The notes below the pieces were generated by a model. It was given only the letters and a program-made list of their open reading frames with translations. It did not search any database and was not told the origin of the DNA. Of a stretch of 64,000 nucleotides of DNA, positions 46,492 through 61,320 are shown piece after piece (the stretch's first letter is position 1; each line of letters begins with the position of its first letter). A program made the translations under genes and the position numbers. The stretch comes from Antedon mediterranea. Lineage: Eukaryota > Animalia > Echinodermata. The stretch is from assembly GCF_964355755.1 (NCBI RefSeq), contig NC_092676.1, positions 17,254,871-17,318,870 on the forward strand, in the 5' to 3' direction.

Positions 46492-48490
46492 TCTTACCTA
46501 CCAGTCTCTAATGCAGATATGCAAATATGGTGCTCACTCTCACTGCCTCGTTATTTATGTTTGCAAGTACCTTGCCCTCCGACCACAGTAAGTACATTGG
46601 ACTAATAATATCGAGTTTAACAAACTGTACTATACAAACTGCAGAAGATACAAATCAACTTTGTTTCTGGTTCTATGTTTCATCAAAACTAAAAACAATG
46701 ATACTCTTCTGTTATAATGTTTCTTCATACTGAAATGAAAAAATCATTTTGTTGTGTTTAGCAAAAAAGGCTTCTTTATTTGAACCATTTTAATGCAAAA
46801 TATGTTACTGTTGACTACATTGTTGGGTATACAGTGAACTTTTCCTTGTTGTCATGATTATTTTTCTAATGACTCTCGGAATTCATAGAAGATAATACTC
46901 CTTTAATTCTTTGGTTCCTGTTGTATCATTTTGAGAAATGTAGTCTCTTTAAAATCACAGTATAGGCTATAACAATGTGCTTCCATTAAAATTGAATTGT
47001 GGTGAAGTCTTGACATCTTTAGTTGATTTACCAATTGATCCTCAGAAGATAGTTTTTTTTTCTTTCATTGCAAACTTCAAAAGAACCAAATGTTGCGTTT
47101 AGGAGTTTACTCTTTTAAAATCGCAGAAGATGGCTACCATGGAATGTCATTGTATTCTACAAAGTAGAAGAATTTAATTCCTTATACCAATGTTTTCTTT
47201 CTTACATTTGTCTTAAATGGAAGTGCACTTTGAAACCTATGAATACTACTACAGTGTGTTTTCTATTTTCTTGCTGTATTTGTCCTAATACAGTGGAAGT
47301 GTGAACCACTTAAGGTACTGCTCTGGCATTGTACTATTAGAAGATGTACAAACAACCAATTTACACTAGAATGATAATGATCAATGGTAAATATACAGTA
47401 TGCATGCATTTTTTTTACATAAAACAAAAGAAATTTGAAAGATAATCATTTATGTTGTATTTGATAAAATAATATTTTTTAAAATTACAATCAAATAACG
47501 TCATGATAATCGTTGTATTGTCACGATATTATTGCTCTTACTAATCATGATGTCATTTGATTGGAAGTGTGAAAATATTATTTTCATGAAAGATGGCATA
47601 AATGAATATTCTATAGTTCTAGAATGAACAGTTTTTATGTTTCTTTTGTTTTATGTATGAAAAATGCATATTTGTCTATTTATCGTTATCGTCGATCGTT
47701 ATCGTCCTAGATTAAATGGGCCTTTATAGCAGTGAAAAATATTACATTCTTACAGTGTTTTATTGTACTTTCCAGGGAAAATTAGATCCAAAGGACATAC
47801 CAAGACAAAAATTACTTATGTTATACATACATTTTGCATTTAACCATATACAATGTGTATGTGTGTATGCTTTTTCATAATGTCATCAAAGAGACAAGAT
47901 AGAACAGAGAATATCATCAGTCTTATCATTATTCTACTGCATGGTTTTCTTGGAAACACATACAAATCTGTTTTACTATCACATGGTAATCCTCATTAAA
48001 ACCAAGATATCAATGTCCTTTTTAATAGTAGACCCAGTTGTTGTAGTTTGTTAAGATCACGCTGAAGAAATCGTCCTATTTCTGCAGTACTGTACTGTTA
48101 TTATGCTTTTAATATGTTGTTTTGTATCGATACTGAAACACAATTTGCCATGTTTTCAGTTCATTGATTTTCTTATTCTGTATGCAGTAGTCACTTGTTA
48201 CTTACAGCGCTTGTTTTTATATGTTAATTCCAGTTGTCTTTGCAACATTAGTATTTTTTTATGTCTGAGTTTTATCACGCAGCAGTAAATGGCAGCTGCT
48301 CTAGACATTTTTTAATTTACCAAACATTATTATCTGTTTTTGGTTTGTAATTTTGATTTAAGTTACGATTTATTAACACAATTCACTTAAGAACCAAGAT
48401 GGATTACTAAAATATTTTAGGGCATCATTTTATCTTTTCTATGATTACACTGTGTATTTATATTTAAGAGACTTGTATGAAACTAGTATT

Positions 48491-48496
48491 AATAAA
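48491..48496 (+). terminator. Candidate APEX1 polyadenylation signal (implies a ~2 kb 3' UTR)
   Basis: First canonical AATAAA I found after the stop, followed ~10-20 nt later by GT-rich tttgtcgtggttt. Earlier ATTAAA variants exist. Confidence 0.4.
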
Positions 48497-49049
48497 ATAC
48501 ATACTTTTGTCGTGGTTTCATTCCATGCAGCAAGTAATCTTTAGTTCCGTTATGATTACAATTCATTTTTTATTATTCATCATTCATTTTTATCTATTTT
48601 GCTATTCTACATGAATAACCTGCATTAGTATCTGGTTGTTTTGTTTAAAAATGTTCCCATGTTTTCCAATAGAATTTAAGGGTGCCCACATCCACATCTG
48701 AAACATCACTTTATCATGTGTGCCTGATATAAATTCTTTATCGAATATTTACATTTTATCAAATTGAATCAAATTACTGTAATTATACCTTATTTAATAA
48801 CTGTATTTAATAGCGTGACATTTTTTCTAATTAAAGACCGTTTTCAGCGAAAATTCTGAAATAAGCATGTAGGAACTTAAACCGAGGATATGTATCATTT
48901 ACACAGACATAGAAAACAAAACTGAGCTATAAGAATCAAATTTTAAAGTACTTTCGATTTCCGATTATCTAGGACCTATGTGTTAATATTTCGTCTGAAC
49001 CTAGAAACCACACAGGCTGTCAAGGAATAGAACGCGTCCCGAATACCAG

Positions 49050-49750
49050 GTAAAGACAGGACCAGTCAGGAAAGAATGTGAGATGTCGACCCTTCAATAT
49101 GATTATAGACTGCGTTTGTATACGTATGCATTGCTGAGGGAATAAGATGGTCACTCTTCTCAATAAAAAACTTGATTTCGCTTGATTTAATCCTGGTATC
49201 TTACACTCACAAATATACCTTGGAGAACACCCCGTCTCAATAACTCGGAAAAGATCTTATGACAACCAAACAGTTCCCTTTTCTTGAGAGTATAGATTTA
49301 GACATTATGATTGCGAAACATACACAAATACGTAGGATCGTTTAAACAAGGCTTGACATGCTTCTAGAATACTCAATATTATTTAGGGACCAAATTGAAG
49401 TTATACCACAGTTGTGTCCAAACTTCTACATGGTTCAGAATGCTGCTGAATTACAACAAATGAAATCAATCAGCCGTCAGTCTTTCACATAAAGAACCTA
49501 AGAAGACCTAATATTTTCAACTAAGAACTCTTTACTCAATGAGAAAAGAAAAGATACAATACTCAATTGGTCATCTGGTGAGAAAAGAAATGGCCGTATT
49601 TCAAGGACAGCCCTACACCAGAAGGAAAGAGGAAACAAGAAGACCCACATCTACCTGGTGAACTGTAGGAGAGCAGCTGAGATTAAATTCGACCTGGAGA
49701 GAGTTCTTGGACCAAAATAGACAGGAGTGAATGTCCTTCGTTAAGTAAGT
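49050..49750 (+). mobile_element. Decayed RTE-clade LINE reverse transcriptase fragment
   Basis: Broken remnants FNMIID, LDFA.D, GHL, RTAL..PEGKRK..RPTSTW and QNRQE in the expected order. Confidence 0.65.
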
Positions 49751-52700
49751 CCTGACTCCCCTTTGATAACCTTTGATCCCCTTGAATGACATGACCTACA
49801 CTTGTACATACAGTAGTTTGTCAAATTGAAAGCTCACTATATGGTAGGCAATACAACATTATTGAGTCGGCATATACTTAGTGTTTAACAATTAATATAG
49901 GCCTACTTTGAATATTGAAGCTTGGTTTTAATGTTTATTTCGAAGTTGTTATTACCTAAGAGGTATATTTTTGTCTGCGATATTTATTTGTTAATTCGTT
50001 TGTTTTTTTATGTGTTTGTTCGGAATAACGTCCTTTACCAAATTTAGATTTGTGACTACAATTGAGTGCGATTACATTATTGCAGACAATCTTTTAATGA
50101 AGCTTATAGTTAATGCTAGAATAAATTCATAATGCTTCATAATGTTTTCAGTATTAAGAATACAATATCCAATATAATCATCTGAGTAACAGAAAAAGAT
50201 CAATGTAGATTCGGATTAACTTACATGAGCCGCTCGCACAGAAACTTTTAAGACGTGTTTTATAGTTATAGATCCACCACATTATAATAATGCCACGTCA
50301 ATCAACATTCTATCAGAAAATGATATAGTATTTTTCTGACTTTGTTTATAGATAGAAAATGTGTCTGAAAACAAGATAAGGTGAAAGGAATACCAAAATG
50401 TTAACAATGACTATATGTAACAAAAATATATATGATCTTCAATAAAATTGATAACAGAAAGATAAAAAGAAGCAAAGAAAAAAACATAAAACCATGTTAA
50501 AGATGTATATACTAAGTTTTATTTATTACTATTGGTAGATATTACGTGATATTAAAAACAAAAATAGAAATGATAGAAAATATTTGATGAAACATGGCGT
50601 AAGCTACAAAAGAAAAGAAGAAAAAAACATTCTATCAGAGAAGAGTGAGATAAAAATCTAGATAATGGAGAAAGTTTCAACATATTTGAACCAAGCAAAC
50701 CGGTTGAAAGGCAGCATTTCGTGTTACACTTTCACATCTTTTCACTGATCCGTGATGACGTAAACATGATTGTTTCATATCTTCAAAGGTTTCAATACCA
50801 GTAAAAACGAAGGAAAGGAAGATGTTTACGCATATATATATATTGATATTCAACGAATATTCGACCAAACAGCCATCCTTGTTTTTAACCAAATATCGTA
50901 ATCAGAAAATGCATATCCTTGAGTTTTGCTTTTTAAATGTTGCCACACAAATAGGCATACGTCATATCAGAATGGATCATTTGCCATAATGGTGTTGTTT
51001 ATATAGCAAAGTTTCTTCCTTGTTTACAATACGCAAATGAAATAATAAGAAAGGTTCCAAAGCGCCTGCGGGCGTGTTCGCTCGAGTACGCAGCGTGTTT
51101 TTTTATGAAGTAGAACGTGGATTGTATCCGAGTTGAACAGAAAATATTGATGCCTAGAGGTCGTTATTTTAAGTAGGTTACATATATCGCTAAACTCAAT
51201 CTTGTTAATTCTATGAATAGCTAATTCATGCCTTACTAATGTGTTAATTTATTTGCATATATTTGAGTGAAAGAAAATGTAAAACCTAATAAATCTATTA
51301 AAGCAAATCAAGTAAAACGCACTAAACTCATTGAGTGATGTAACAGGCGATAAACTTATTGAAAGTATGCTATCGATCACGTCATCACTAAGAACTATGT
51401 GCTGTTTCATATTGCACAATTATGAATAATCAAATCGGCTGCATTTTGATAGAAATCGGCTTTTCGAAAACTCACAAAAAGCATGATTTCAGACAATTTT
51501 AATCTACCAATTAATAGTGGACCACTCATCGCATTATCGAAGCCATCTTTCTGAAATTGAAAGAATTTTTCGATATATTTATGGGATTTGATTTCTTTGG
51601 AAAAAATAAAATGTCTTCATACATAATATACCCGGAATGATCAAAGGTTACTGAACAAACTACAAAACATTCCAGAACATATCGTATTCAGTTCAAAGTT
51701 GATTGTCTTTGAGTTACCGTCTCGTTTTATTTTTTTCTATATATGAATTAATAGTTAAAATTATTCTCTTCGTTTATTGAACTACAATGAATAGTACAAC
51801 ATGCTTTATTAGATTCGTTTAGTACAGTTGGTACACGTAATTCCAATTAATATTAATAAGCTCAGACTCCGTGATGATTTGGACAAATATAGTTATTTTG
51901 CGTTTATGTTCGTTTATCACGAAGAAATTACATGAGTTGATAAATAATTAGTATGCAAATAAGTAATTAATTAGATCGCTCTTGACGCCACATGTCCGTA
52001 CATGTTTCTTTTAATTTTGAATAAAATCTCGAGAGTTTAGTAAATGAACATTTAACAGGTTTTCGCTCGTTTAAAAGAACTGTATTGCTTTGCAATAATG
52101 AAAACAGCAAATGTTTGATAGAAAAGGCAATATCTGTCGTACATATGACTTAGAACCCCCTTTCAAAACTGGAAACTAGCAGAGAAATGACGGCTTTTTG
52201 TGGCAAATCCTACCTTGCCAACAAGAAAATCGTCTACTAGTCTCCGGGCCTCAATCTATTTTTTCTTCATTTGTTTCCTGAGAAAAGAATCCCATGTGAA
52301 AATTCTGGCTACAGGCTTGGCCTAGAATAATGTTATCATTTCCTCGGCCTTAATTACAAGTAGAAATGCAATCAATTGATATTGTCTTGGCTTAACAATA
52401 TTCACTGAATATATTAACGATTCACCACAAATTTTGTACAAAGTTCGTCATGACATGAAAATGTAAAGTAATATACAATAACGCTACATCTACGTGTATT
52501 ATAAATCATGCGGAAAGTTTTACTGACGTTTTGAATCATATTAATACATTTCATGTAGAATTTTATAAACAATCGTTAGTGTTATAAATCATTCAAAGAT
52601 CGAATTACAGAATGTATTTATCAACAAGTGGTGGAAACACAATTTTGGAATGAAAGCGTGCATATCAATGATAATAATTAATGAGACAGGTTCATGTTAG

Positions 52701-55380
52701 CAAATTTACGACTTCAAAATGTCGAATGGATACCGGTTAATAATTCGATTTGAATCCTCCTGACAGATACTACGTAGGAAATGAAATACACCGCTTCAAA
52801 GTCCCGCTGATATCGTTCGCTTGAAAAGAAATTTCAACCAAATCCAGGTAAATCCCTGTCTTTTACGTATGTGCATGAATTTAAGAATGCAGTGTCATGT
52901 ATTGTATGGAATTTACATCATACATAATTTTGCATTATTTGTCATTTCAAAAGCCATACTAAACTATGTATTTTCTAAAAATATTCAGTACATTAGTAAA
53001 CATTTAAAGAAACTTTGAATTCCGAACTAAAAAGTAATTAAACCAATGATTGTCCGATTCTCAGGGATTGGCTTCGATCATTTCCAAACATCTAGGTTAA
53101 CACATTTGGGATGTACACTGCAGTTGAATATATAATTTAGAAGTTCTAGAACATTTGCAGGACAGTATAGGTACTATACTGAAAAATGTACTTTTGATTT
53201 TGTAAATTTTAGCCTGATATTCCTGAAAATTGTGATAATTCGTCGAGAAAAAAACCCCGAAAATTATATTATATTAATTTTAATTAATTTTAACACTTAA
53301 AAGTGTTATATACTTGGCAAAATACAGAGGGCGTTCTATTTAGTATTTGGGCCCATGTTGAAGATACATACAACTCGAGATATTAATACGATTTTAATTT
53401 GTCACGTCAACGGTATATCTTGAGACTTGAAAAGTATGTAATATCCTTAGCAATCTTTTTGTAATGGATGCAATTAGTTTTGAAGTTGATCTAAAAAAAA
53501 CTTTTCCCCACTATATTGTAATTACTGTACCGTCTTTCCAAACGTCCTGTCCAGTGCAGAACCAATTAAAACCGCTGTTAAAATAAAAAGAAAGGCCTTT
53601 ATTGTTAAGGTAAGGTTGGGCTAATGATCTATGATAGATGCTTTAAATGCGATCGATACATAGTTCCACTGATATTAAATTGCCTAGTATAGGCCTACAA
53701 TACTGAAAATCGGCTATCTATTTATAAAGCTTATTTGATTTGTTATGTGACGTCATACTTGATTTTTACCCCTTGATTGATGTTATCGTTGGGACTCTTG
53801 TAGACATGTTGTCTAACTTCGATCTCTTAAAATGCTAATAGTTATCACATTTTAATGATTTTTTTTCATTTATAGACTCAATAAATGTTAACTTTCGTCA
53901 CTCCCACATGAAAAACGATTATTTTTATGAATTTTAATCGTAAACCTGCTCAATTTAATTTAAAGAATGCAAAGATGTAAGTTATAACGATCGAAATCAA
54001 TAACTATAAGAATATTTATCAACTTACTATTTTTTATTGCACTTGTTATGTGATGAAATGATATATTCATGAAGAGAATTTGTATTATGATTATTGACAG
54101 ATTTAGTTATCGTTTGATTGATTGATTGATCGATCGATCAATATTGATTGATTGGTGGTGGTTTGATTAATAGTTGGATGGTTTGGTTTGATGGTTTGCT
54201 AGCTTGTTGGAAGATTGGCGCATTGCGGATGATTGATTTTAAGTTGTAGACTAGAGTTTTGCTAGTTTGGAAGTTAGCAATAACTAGTTACAATCACTGT
54301 TTTTTTTTTGTTCTATTAGTTGATTAATCGATTTAATCATAGGAAGTTAGAGATCAGATGTGTACGAGTAAATCAAAGGCTTAAGCAGTTGTTGAAGCGG
54401 TAACCTACAATAGTACGGTAATGCGTACGATACAGTTGTTATGAAATATCTATGGATTTCGCTAACTTCTTGCAACTGAGATTAAAATGCAATTAACAGT
54501 GACATTGACTTACTGCCATCTATTTCAACCCGTAATTATTCAGTTTCAAATATTTAGTTTCAAACAGTACGATTAGTTTTAAGTTTTTCTGCTTTTATAA
54601 GTAGTCTGTGTAGTCTCGTTAAAAATAGGGTTAATTACAAACGTATCAAATGCATTTAGGTAATAGACGTCATTAAAAATACAAACGTTTTATTTAGTGT
54701 GCAACATTTTACAGTTATGTATAATTGTTAATTACAAATTTACAATAACGGTAATCTATATTTACTGCATTTTAGTTCACCGAACCGCTTATTCAGTCCC
54801 ATCCGATCCTGCACCTGTCACTGGACAGATTCTAACTGACTGTCGCAAGTCATCTAGATACGAGTAGAGCTGTATTAAATACTTTTAATTCCAATGGCAT
54901 TCCACGTATATTCCACGCACTCAATAGGCCTAATTATGTTAGGGAAAATTATGATCATCAGGTTTTTTTTTGGGGGGGGGGGGGAGGGCGGGGTATGGGT
55001 ATGGGTTACTTTACATAAACCAGGGAACAGCTATTTAAAATAGAATCAGGGATCGAGTACAGCCATGATTCATTCGTCCGTAATTTTACGTTGAGAATAA
55101 TTGTTTCGTGTTTACAATTAAAATTGTTTGTATCAATATCAATATACTTCCACTGTAGATAGTAATCGAGGATTGTATAAGTTTATTATTTTCAATCGAT
55201 TTATTCTTGTGTCGAGGTGACGATCATTTCTACTCAGTCATTACCATGCTGTAGATGGTTAGCCTGGGTCAATATGTTATACTAAAACTATGTGTTCAAT
55301 GACCCTTGTACTATGATTTCCGTGTAGCCATTCTGTAAGGTTGCTTTCTTATAAACCAGACAACGGGTTCCGAGGTTTCT

Positions 55381-55609
55381 GTACATTTAATTCTCGATTC
55401 CCAGTGCTGTATCTCTCCACGTACTATCTATTTCCAAAGTATCATAGGAATATTTGGTAATACAGCATCAAATGTGGTGCCTGTATCATGTAAGGTTAGG
55501 TTAAGGGTTAGGTTACTACTAGATACATGTGAAACACATGTGATGTAATACCAAATATTCCTGTGATGCTTCGGAAATAAATACAGTACCGAGAATCGGC
55601 TGAACGTAC
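55381..55609. mobile_element. MITE with a GGTTA(G) core
   Basis: tatttccaaagtatcataggaatatttggtaatac is inverted at gtaataccaaatattcctgtgatgcttcggaaata around aggttaggttaagggttagg. Confidence 0.7.
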
Positions 55610-55819
55610 ATGTATTGTTTTAAAACTGAATATAGGCCTGTATAAATATACTATAGTATAAAGCCTATCTCCAGATATATTAAGGTTATAACATTTTAAA
55701 AATTAACTAAATATTCTGGAGGCTAATTGATCAGATAAAAAAATAAAAAGAAAACAAAAGAACATAATTTTTTTAAAGAAAGCTACATAGGCCTACACAT
55801 GTATAGTTTCAGTTTGGTA

Positions 55820-56290
55820 TTCTATACTTGTGCTGCTATATGGGCATCAAAATGGCAACAAAGAGTCAGTAACGAAGTACTGTGTGGCTCTTTTGAACAG
55901 AAACAAGAGGAAGAAGACTGCAGGACACTGTCTTCGCAATAATAAAGAATTTCAGATGTTCTGCTGTGGCAGCAAAAACATGGGCTTGCAAACCAAGAAA
56001 TAGACTTGCTCCAAAGTCTGTAGTTATTTCGAGGTTTTTCGATGTTTTTCTGAAAGTTTCCAATCTCAAGTAGTAGGCCTATACGTATGAAAAGCCATAT
56101 ATGCCAAAATATTTATCTTTTTACTAACATTAAGTCAAAACTCCGTCTGGAACCCAGACTAACCAAGCAAGGCCAGCACTCACATACAGTATACCGTATG
56201 TACCTGAGGCGGATGCTGGTATGCAGAGAGATGAACTGGCTGTCACAATGGCAGATGGGAAATCCTGGAGGAATATAATTCATAAGTTCT
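55820..56290 (+). mobile_element. Decayed RTE-clade LINE 3' fragments
   Basis: Remnants GIKWQQRVSNEVL, GHCLR, SDVLLWQ.KHG and RPALTY…DAGMQRDELAVTMADGKSWR, typical of RTE ORF C-termini. Confidence 0.7.
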
Positions 56291-57166
56291 GTCATGTCTA
56301 GGAGGCCTATGTAAGTATAATAGGGTTTATGTTGATATACTACGTATTAAACATAGTATGATTTTAATCCTAATTGTTCAATATAACAACATTAATAAAT
56401 ACTTTCCGGTGGTCTATCGGCGATTGATTTAAGCAGAATTTTTGTAGAAAAAGTCCTACATTATCATTATCATAACAAAAAAATAGGCCTTTATGCAGTT
56501 ATTATTCCTGCAAAAAAATTACCTTTATCTCGATGTATTGTATTTTAGATTCTCATTGACATCGAAGTGTTTAACCAATTTTTTTTTGGGGGGGGGGGGG
56601 TAATTCAGCAAAATTTAGCTGGAAAAATTAGTGTAACGCCGATTACGACAAATATTGACTGAAACAAAAACTAAATTCAGTACAATTAGTACTGCTGCAA
56701 TCAATTAATATGTTTAATTGGATTTCAATCCATCGAGTAATAATGTTTTCACAGTGAATTCATAGATTAAATACTTAGATCTATAGACAATTTTACGGTG
56801 TTGTTTTATTCCTAAAAAAACAGTAGTCAAAACGTCGCTGTGACTTTTGATTTTTTTTTCGTATCCAGACAACTTCCTCTTAAGACTTTGACCATTCCGT
56901 ATTAAATGATTATTTCATATCTATCACTAAGAATTGTACTTAGACAACTGGACCCACTGGATTAGGTATAATTATATTCCGTGTTTTACGGTCAGTTTAA
57001 TAGTCGTATGTTGTACCTCCAGGTTGCAGTTATTTTGTTATTTTAAGGAGTTAATTTGACTAGAATGTTTTGTTCAAATCATAGTTTTCTTGGTTTCTTT
57101 CGTGTGTTTATTTTCTATTCGTTTTGTCACGTATCGTATTTGTATTTTTTGCATGCACCGTTATTG

Positions 57167-58938
57167 TTTCAATAAATGAATATTAATGAGTAAAATTAAA
57201 CAGTGATTGATGATTATCGATTGACAAACTAAATGCCATGTTTAGTCTAATCAATAGTAATCGAAAGTATCACTGTTACTAGCACGTGTGGAAACGTCAC
57301 TACTTTGTATTCTTGAGAATATCGGGCCTACCTATCGAATTTCGGTTAAATACCCTGTAATGGAGAAATGAATGTCTTCTTTACCCAACAATATTATGTG
57401 GGATTGAAAGTAGGTTGTGTGCGCAACATATTAATTGAGTATAGCTGGTTGGGAAAATTAGGAAAGCGATATCGGTGAGTTTGGGATCAGAAGATGTAAG
57501 GTTGGTCCATACCTACCCTGAGAGAGAGCATGAACCGACCCGATTTTAAGTATAATAATTAGGCATATGTGAATATACGACTCTTAAACGCTACCTAAAG
57601 GCTTAAGCGCTCAAAGCGTGATTGTAATAAAATGTGGCACAGGAATAGAATAAAGATTGTAGGGTGACTTTACAGAAACGTCTTCACTAGACCTATATTT
57701 AATATCCGTGACAAGCACAAGGAATTTGATAATATGAAATATATAGAGGGCGTTGAGTTGAAAAGTTTTCAAAGTTCCTTTAAGGGCCTATATCAAATTT
57801 CTTGATTAATGTTTATATGTCGTCCGCATGCAAAATGCGAGGTTCACAAATAAACTTTCAATCGTGAAACGATGATGTTATTTTTGTTCATGGTTGTGTG
57901 TGTAAATGTAGAAAACTTAATTTTAAAATAAATCAAAATTAGCCTATTAAGGTATGTTTATGCCAAACCAACGGAAATAAATTGTTACTGATAATACTGA
58001 TACGACGTAAACTCATGCGTATACAAAAGGAACGCGAGCATTGGTTTATTCGTGTTGTAAACTGACAAATTATTCATTTTAGTTTAAATCCAGTAGTGAT
58101 TTAGTTGGTTCACCCCCAGGTTCACCAAGCTAATAATAGCCACAGTGTTGTCAGAAACAATGTGAAATTCTTGTATAATTCCAAATACATAATTACTAAT
58201 TAATGCACTTATTAACAGTGCGCGTTTTAATGTACTTTTGTGTCATTGATTGATGGTTTTTAATATGTAAACTGATGATTAAAGTATCTTAGAATGGATT
58301 GCTACGTTGAGACGTTATAGTATGTAACTAACCAATTGATGTATGGATTGTGATTTAACGAATGTATTTCTAATACTGATACCAGTTTTTGTTTAGATAC
58401 AACACAGGGTAACAATATGAGGCATTGTTGCGCCGTGGTTAGAGGATTCAGAGGGTTAAGTTTTACACGATATACGTCTAGCGAAATTGCGGTATCGCGT
58501 CTTCTGACAGCAATCGTCAACACATGTGGGATTATTTTCATCTACTACAGTAGGTAGGCCTAAATCTACCTACTTCAGTTGCCATTTTTTGTGTGTGGAA
58601 AATCCTTTATCAATTATTCACTTTGCCAATCGTACCGAGATGACAGAAATAATAGGGAGTGGCAATCCAGTCTAGCTTAACACTAAGCAAATGGATATTG
58701 GTGCCACGGCCGTTACTAAATAATTTCGGTTTCGAATTAACCTAATAATATTGCACTCCATGTCACTTCATTTCATTTTGCATTGTCGTCAACAACTTAC
58801 ACTCTAGGTTTATGTCAATGATCATTTCAATAAATGAATAATAATGAGTAAAAGTAAAATATAGTGATTGATGATTATCGATTACAAATCAAATGCCGTG
58901 TTTAGTCTAATCAATAATAATCGAACGTACTATTACCT
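57167..58938 (+). repeat. Dispersed ~110-bp direct repeat (57167-57280 and 58825-58938)
   Basis: tttcaataaatgaata…agtgattgatgattatcgatt…aaatgcc(a/g)tgtttagtctaatcaata(g/a)taatcgaa occurs twice. Confidence 0.85.
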
Positions 58939-60819
58939 ATTCTATAATTGTATGCTTATTTTAAACTTGTTTTGCTTTATAATTGGTAATTTAAAAATTC
59001 CCAATGATGAAATAACATGTATACAAAGTTGGGGGGGGGGGGGGTCGGAGAACGCCCGGGCTAATATGACTGACTGTCATGAATAAAAGATGATTGAACA
59101 CAAATGCTGAAACGGAGTATTGATACTGTTTTGTGTGACGAAAAGTAGTGCACATGTATTAAATATGTACAGTTCAAATACTTAGGGTCCGAACCGGTGT
59201 TCAAACGCTGTAGATACAATAATGAAAACAAAAAATGCACAGGTTTGAGGTAATGGTCGATTCATAGGTATGATACTCTTGTATTTATTTATTTGTATGT
59301 AGAATATACTGAGTTCAGTAGGTCTAATAACCGTCGAGTAGAACGTTTTTTGAGTTATTCAACCCCAAAATAATGGTCAATGGCATACAATCGTCACCGT
59401 GGCCCAATCTTTGAGTTCAGTGAATTTACATGACGTCCCACCTGAATGGACATTATACAAATCAACTTGCTTCATAGGAATGTGTTTATCTGTATATGCT
59501 GTACATTATAGTGATCGTTATAATATTGCGTTTTAAGCATAATACAATTGGAATACCGTATTGACGAAGTTTGGATCAACAGATCGTAAGGTAAGCCAAG
59601 TTAATTCCGTAGGACATAACCTCCCCACCTCGATCACTCGGTTTAACAAAAACGTTATAACCATGGTCACCGTGTTCATTTATGAGCAAACGCGTCGAAA
59701 TAAAACCAAAATTTGCATATTATATCGTTCATGTGGTTTTATAATGGAACGTGATTAAATCTTAACTTTAAACATTTATTCCCCCCCCCCCAACTCCCCA
59801 ACAAAATTAAAAATAAGATTCAATAAAATCATAATTGGATTAGGCCATTTTGTAGTTTTTTAGTTAATTAATTCCGTAGGATAAATGACAGAACAAATAA
59901 TGTTTTCTCTTATAAAAAGGCAAAATAAAATGAAAAAAAAAAATCAGGGTGACAATTATTATCATCAGTAACCATTCACATAATAGTGCAAAACACTAAG
60001 TAGTGCGCATAACAACAAAATAGTATTAACTAATAAAGCATTTCATTTTAATGCCAGTTGGAAACATTGAGAATTTAGATTATTATTATTATTATTATTG
60101 TTTGTATTATTATTCATAATAGTTGATTGTATTCGAACTTATAATGAGCACATTTACATGTTTATGCGTATTTCATTGTACAGTATATATCACCTATCAT
60201 AGTTTCTATTGTATCGAACGAAACACAATAGTATAACTATGGAGGGGTATAACTGATCGTCTTTGAGTTCCGATTACGGAGTTGCCATCCAGAGTAGACG
60301 TCCGTGGTCCCTCAAATCTGTGTCTTGGTTGGGTCACTGGGGTCAAATGTGAGTAACGGGATTGTCATGACAGTAGTAAATAATAGCAGACACGTAACTT
60401 GACAGAATAATACTTTTACTGCTGGAAATATAGCTCGAACATTTGTAGTAGTAAAGACGGACACATTAATGATTGTAATGTATTTTCACTAACGGTGTTT
60501 TGTTCAAGCTCGGCCTTCGAATTTAAAAAGCAATTATCATTTATATAGCCACAACATGATGTTGAATCTGAAAACAATTACACTTGTAAAACAGGAAGGT
60601 TAAATTCTATTTTCGGAGAATAGATAGTGAGCATGTAATCAAAGGTCTATGCCTACTCATCAATACAAATAACTCCTCGAACATGCGCACATATCAGCGC
60701 GCCCTCGTCGCGTCAATGACGAGTGTGTACTTTTCATCTTAAACTCTGTCTGTCCTGACCCCCCTCCCCCTTTTTTTTATAGAAAAAAATAAATAAAAAC
60801 ATGAGACAACAATACAGAT

Positions 60820-61320
60820 CAAATCATCCTGGAGATACTGTGGAAGATTACTACCGAGCAGTATTACCAAATCAACAAACCGAGTTAAAAACCCCGTTTT
60901 TCTGCCGGTAACAGGCCATGCTCTAACATATTTGGCGTAGCACCCAAGTCTATCGAAGTGTAATGTTGAAAAAGTCTTCAAGGAACTTGAATTTGGTACG
61001 ATGATCTGCCAAGACACGAACATCTTCATTCCGAGCTTCAGTGATGGAAGCGACTGTGTAAAATTAGCGGATCCAGATGTGTTCCCGAATGTGCGTGCAC
61101 TTCTTCTAATCGCGTACAGTAGGCCCTATGCCCGTAACGTCTGCTGAAGCTGAGCGGAGTTTTTCGACTTTATGGAGAACGAAAACCTGTTTGCGAAATC
61201 ACATGTCTTATGAGCAGCTTTCGGGATTGTGCCTCATGAACATACACTTTAACATGAACATTAATACAGAGAATGTCATTCGCGAATTCTGTCTCCAAGC
61301 CAAGAAGAATGTTCCAAACT
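60820..61320 (+). pseudogene. hAT transposase remnant (C-terminal dimerisation domain, THAP12/ZMYM1-like)
   Basis: TVEDYYR…YDDLP…ELQ*WKR…VFPNVRALLLIA / MPVTSAEAERSFSTLWRTKTCLRNHMSYEQLSGLCLMNIH, with stops and frameshifts. Confidence 0.9.

Noticed and set aside
50670-50960. L1/Tx1 ORF2 3' remnant on the minus strand
   Set aside because: Only a vague resemblance (YIY.CK-like). Too weak to call without a profile search.
55490-55515. Interstitial telomere
   Set aside because: Only a few irregular GGTTA(G) units, forming the centre of a MITE.
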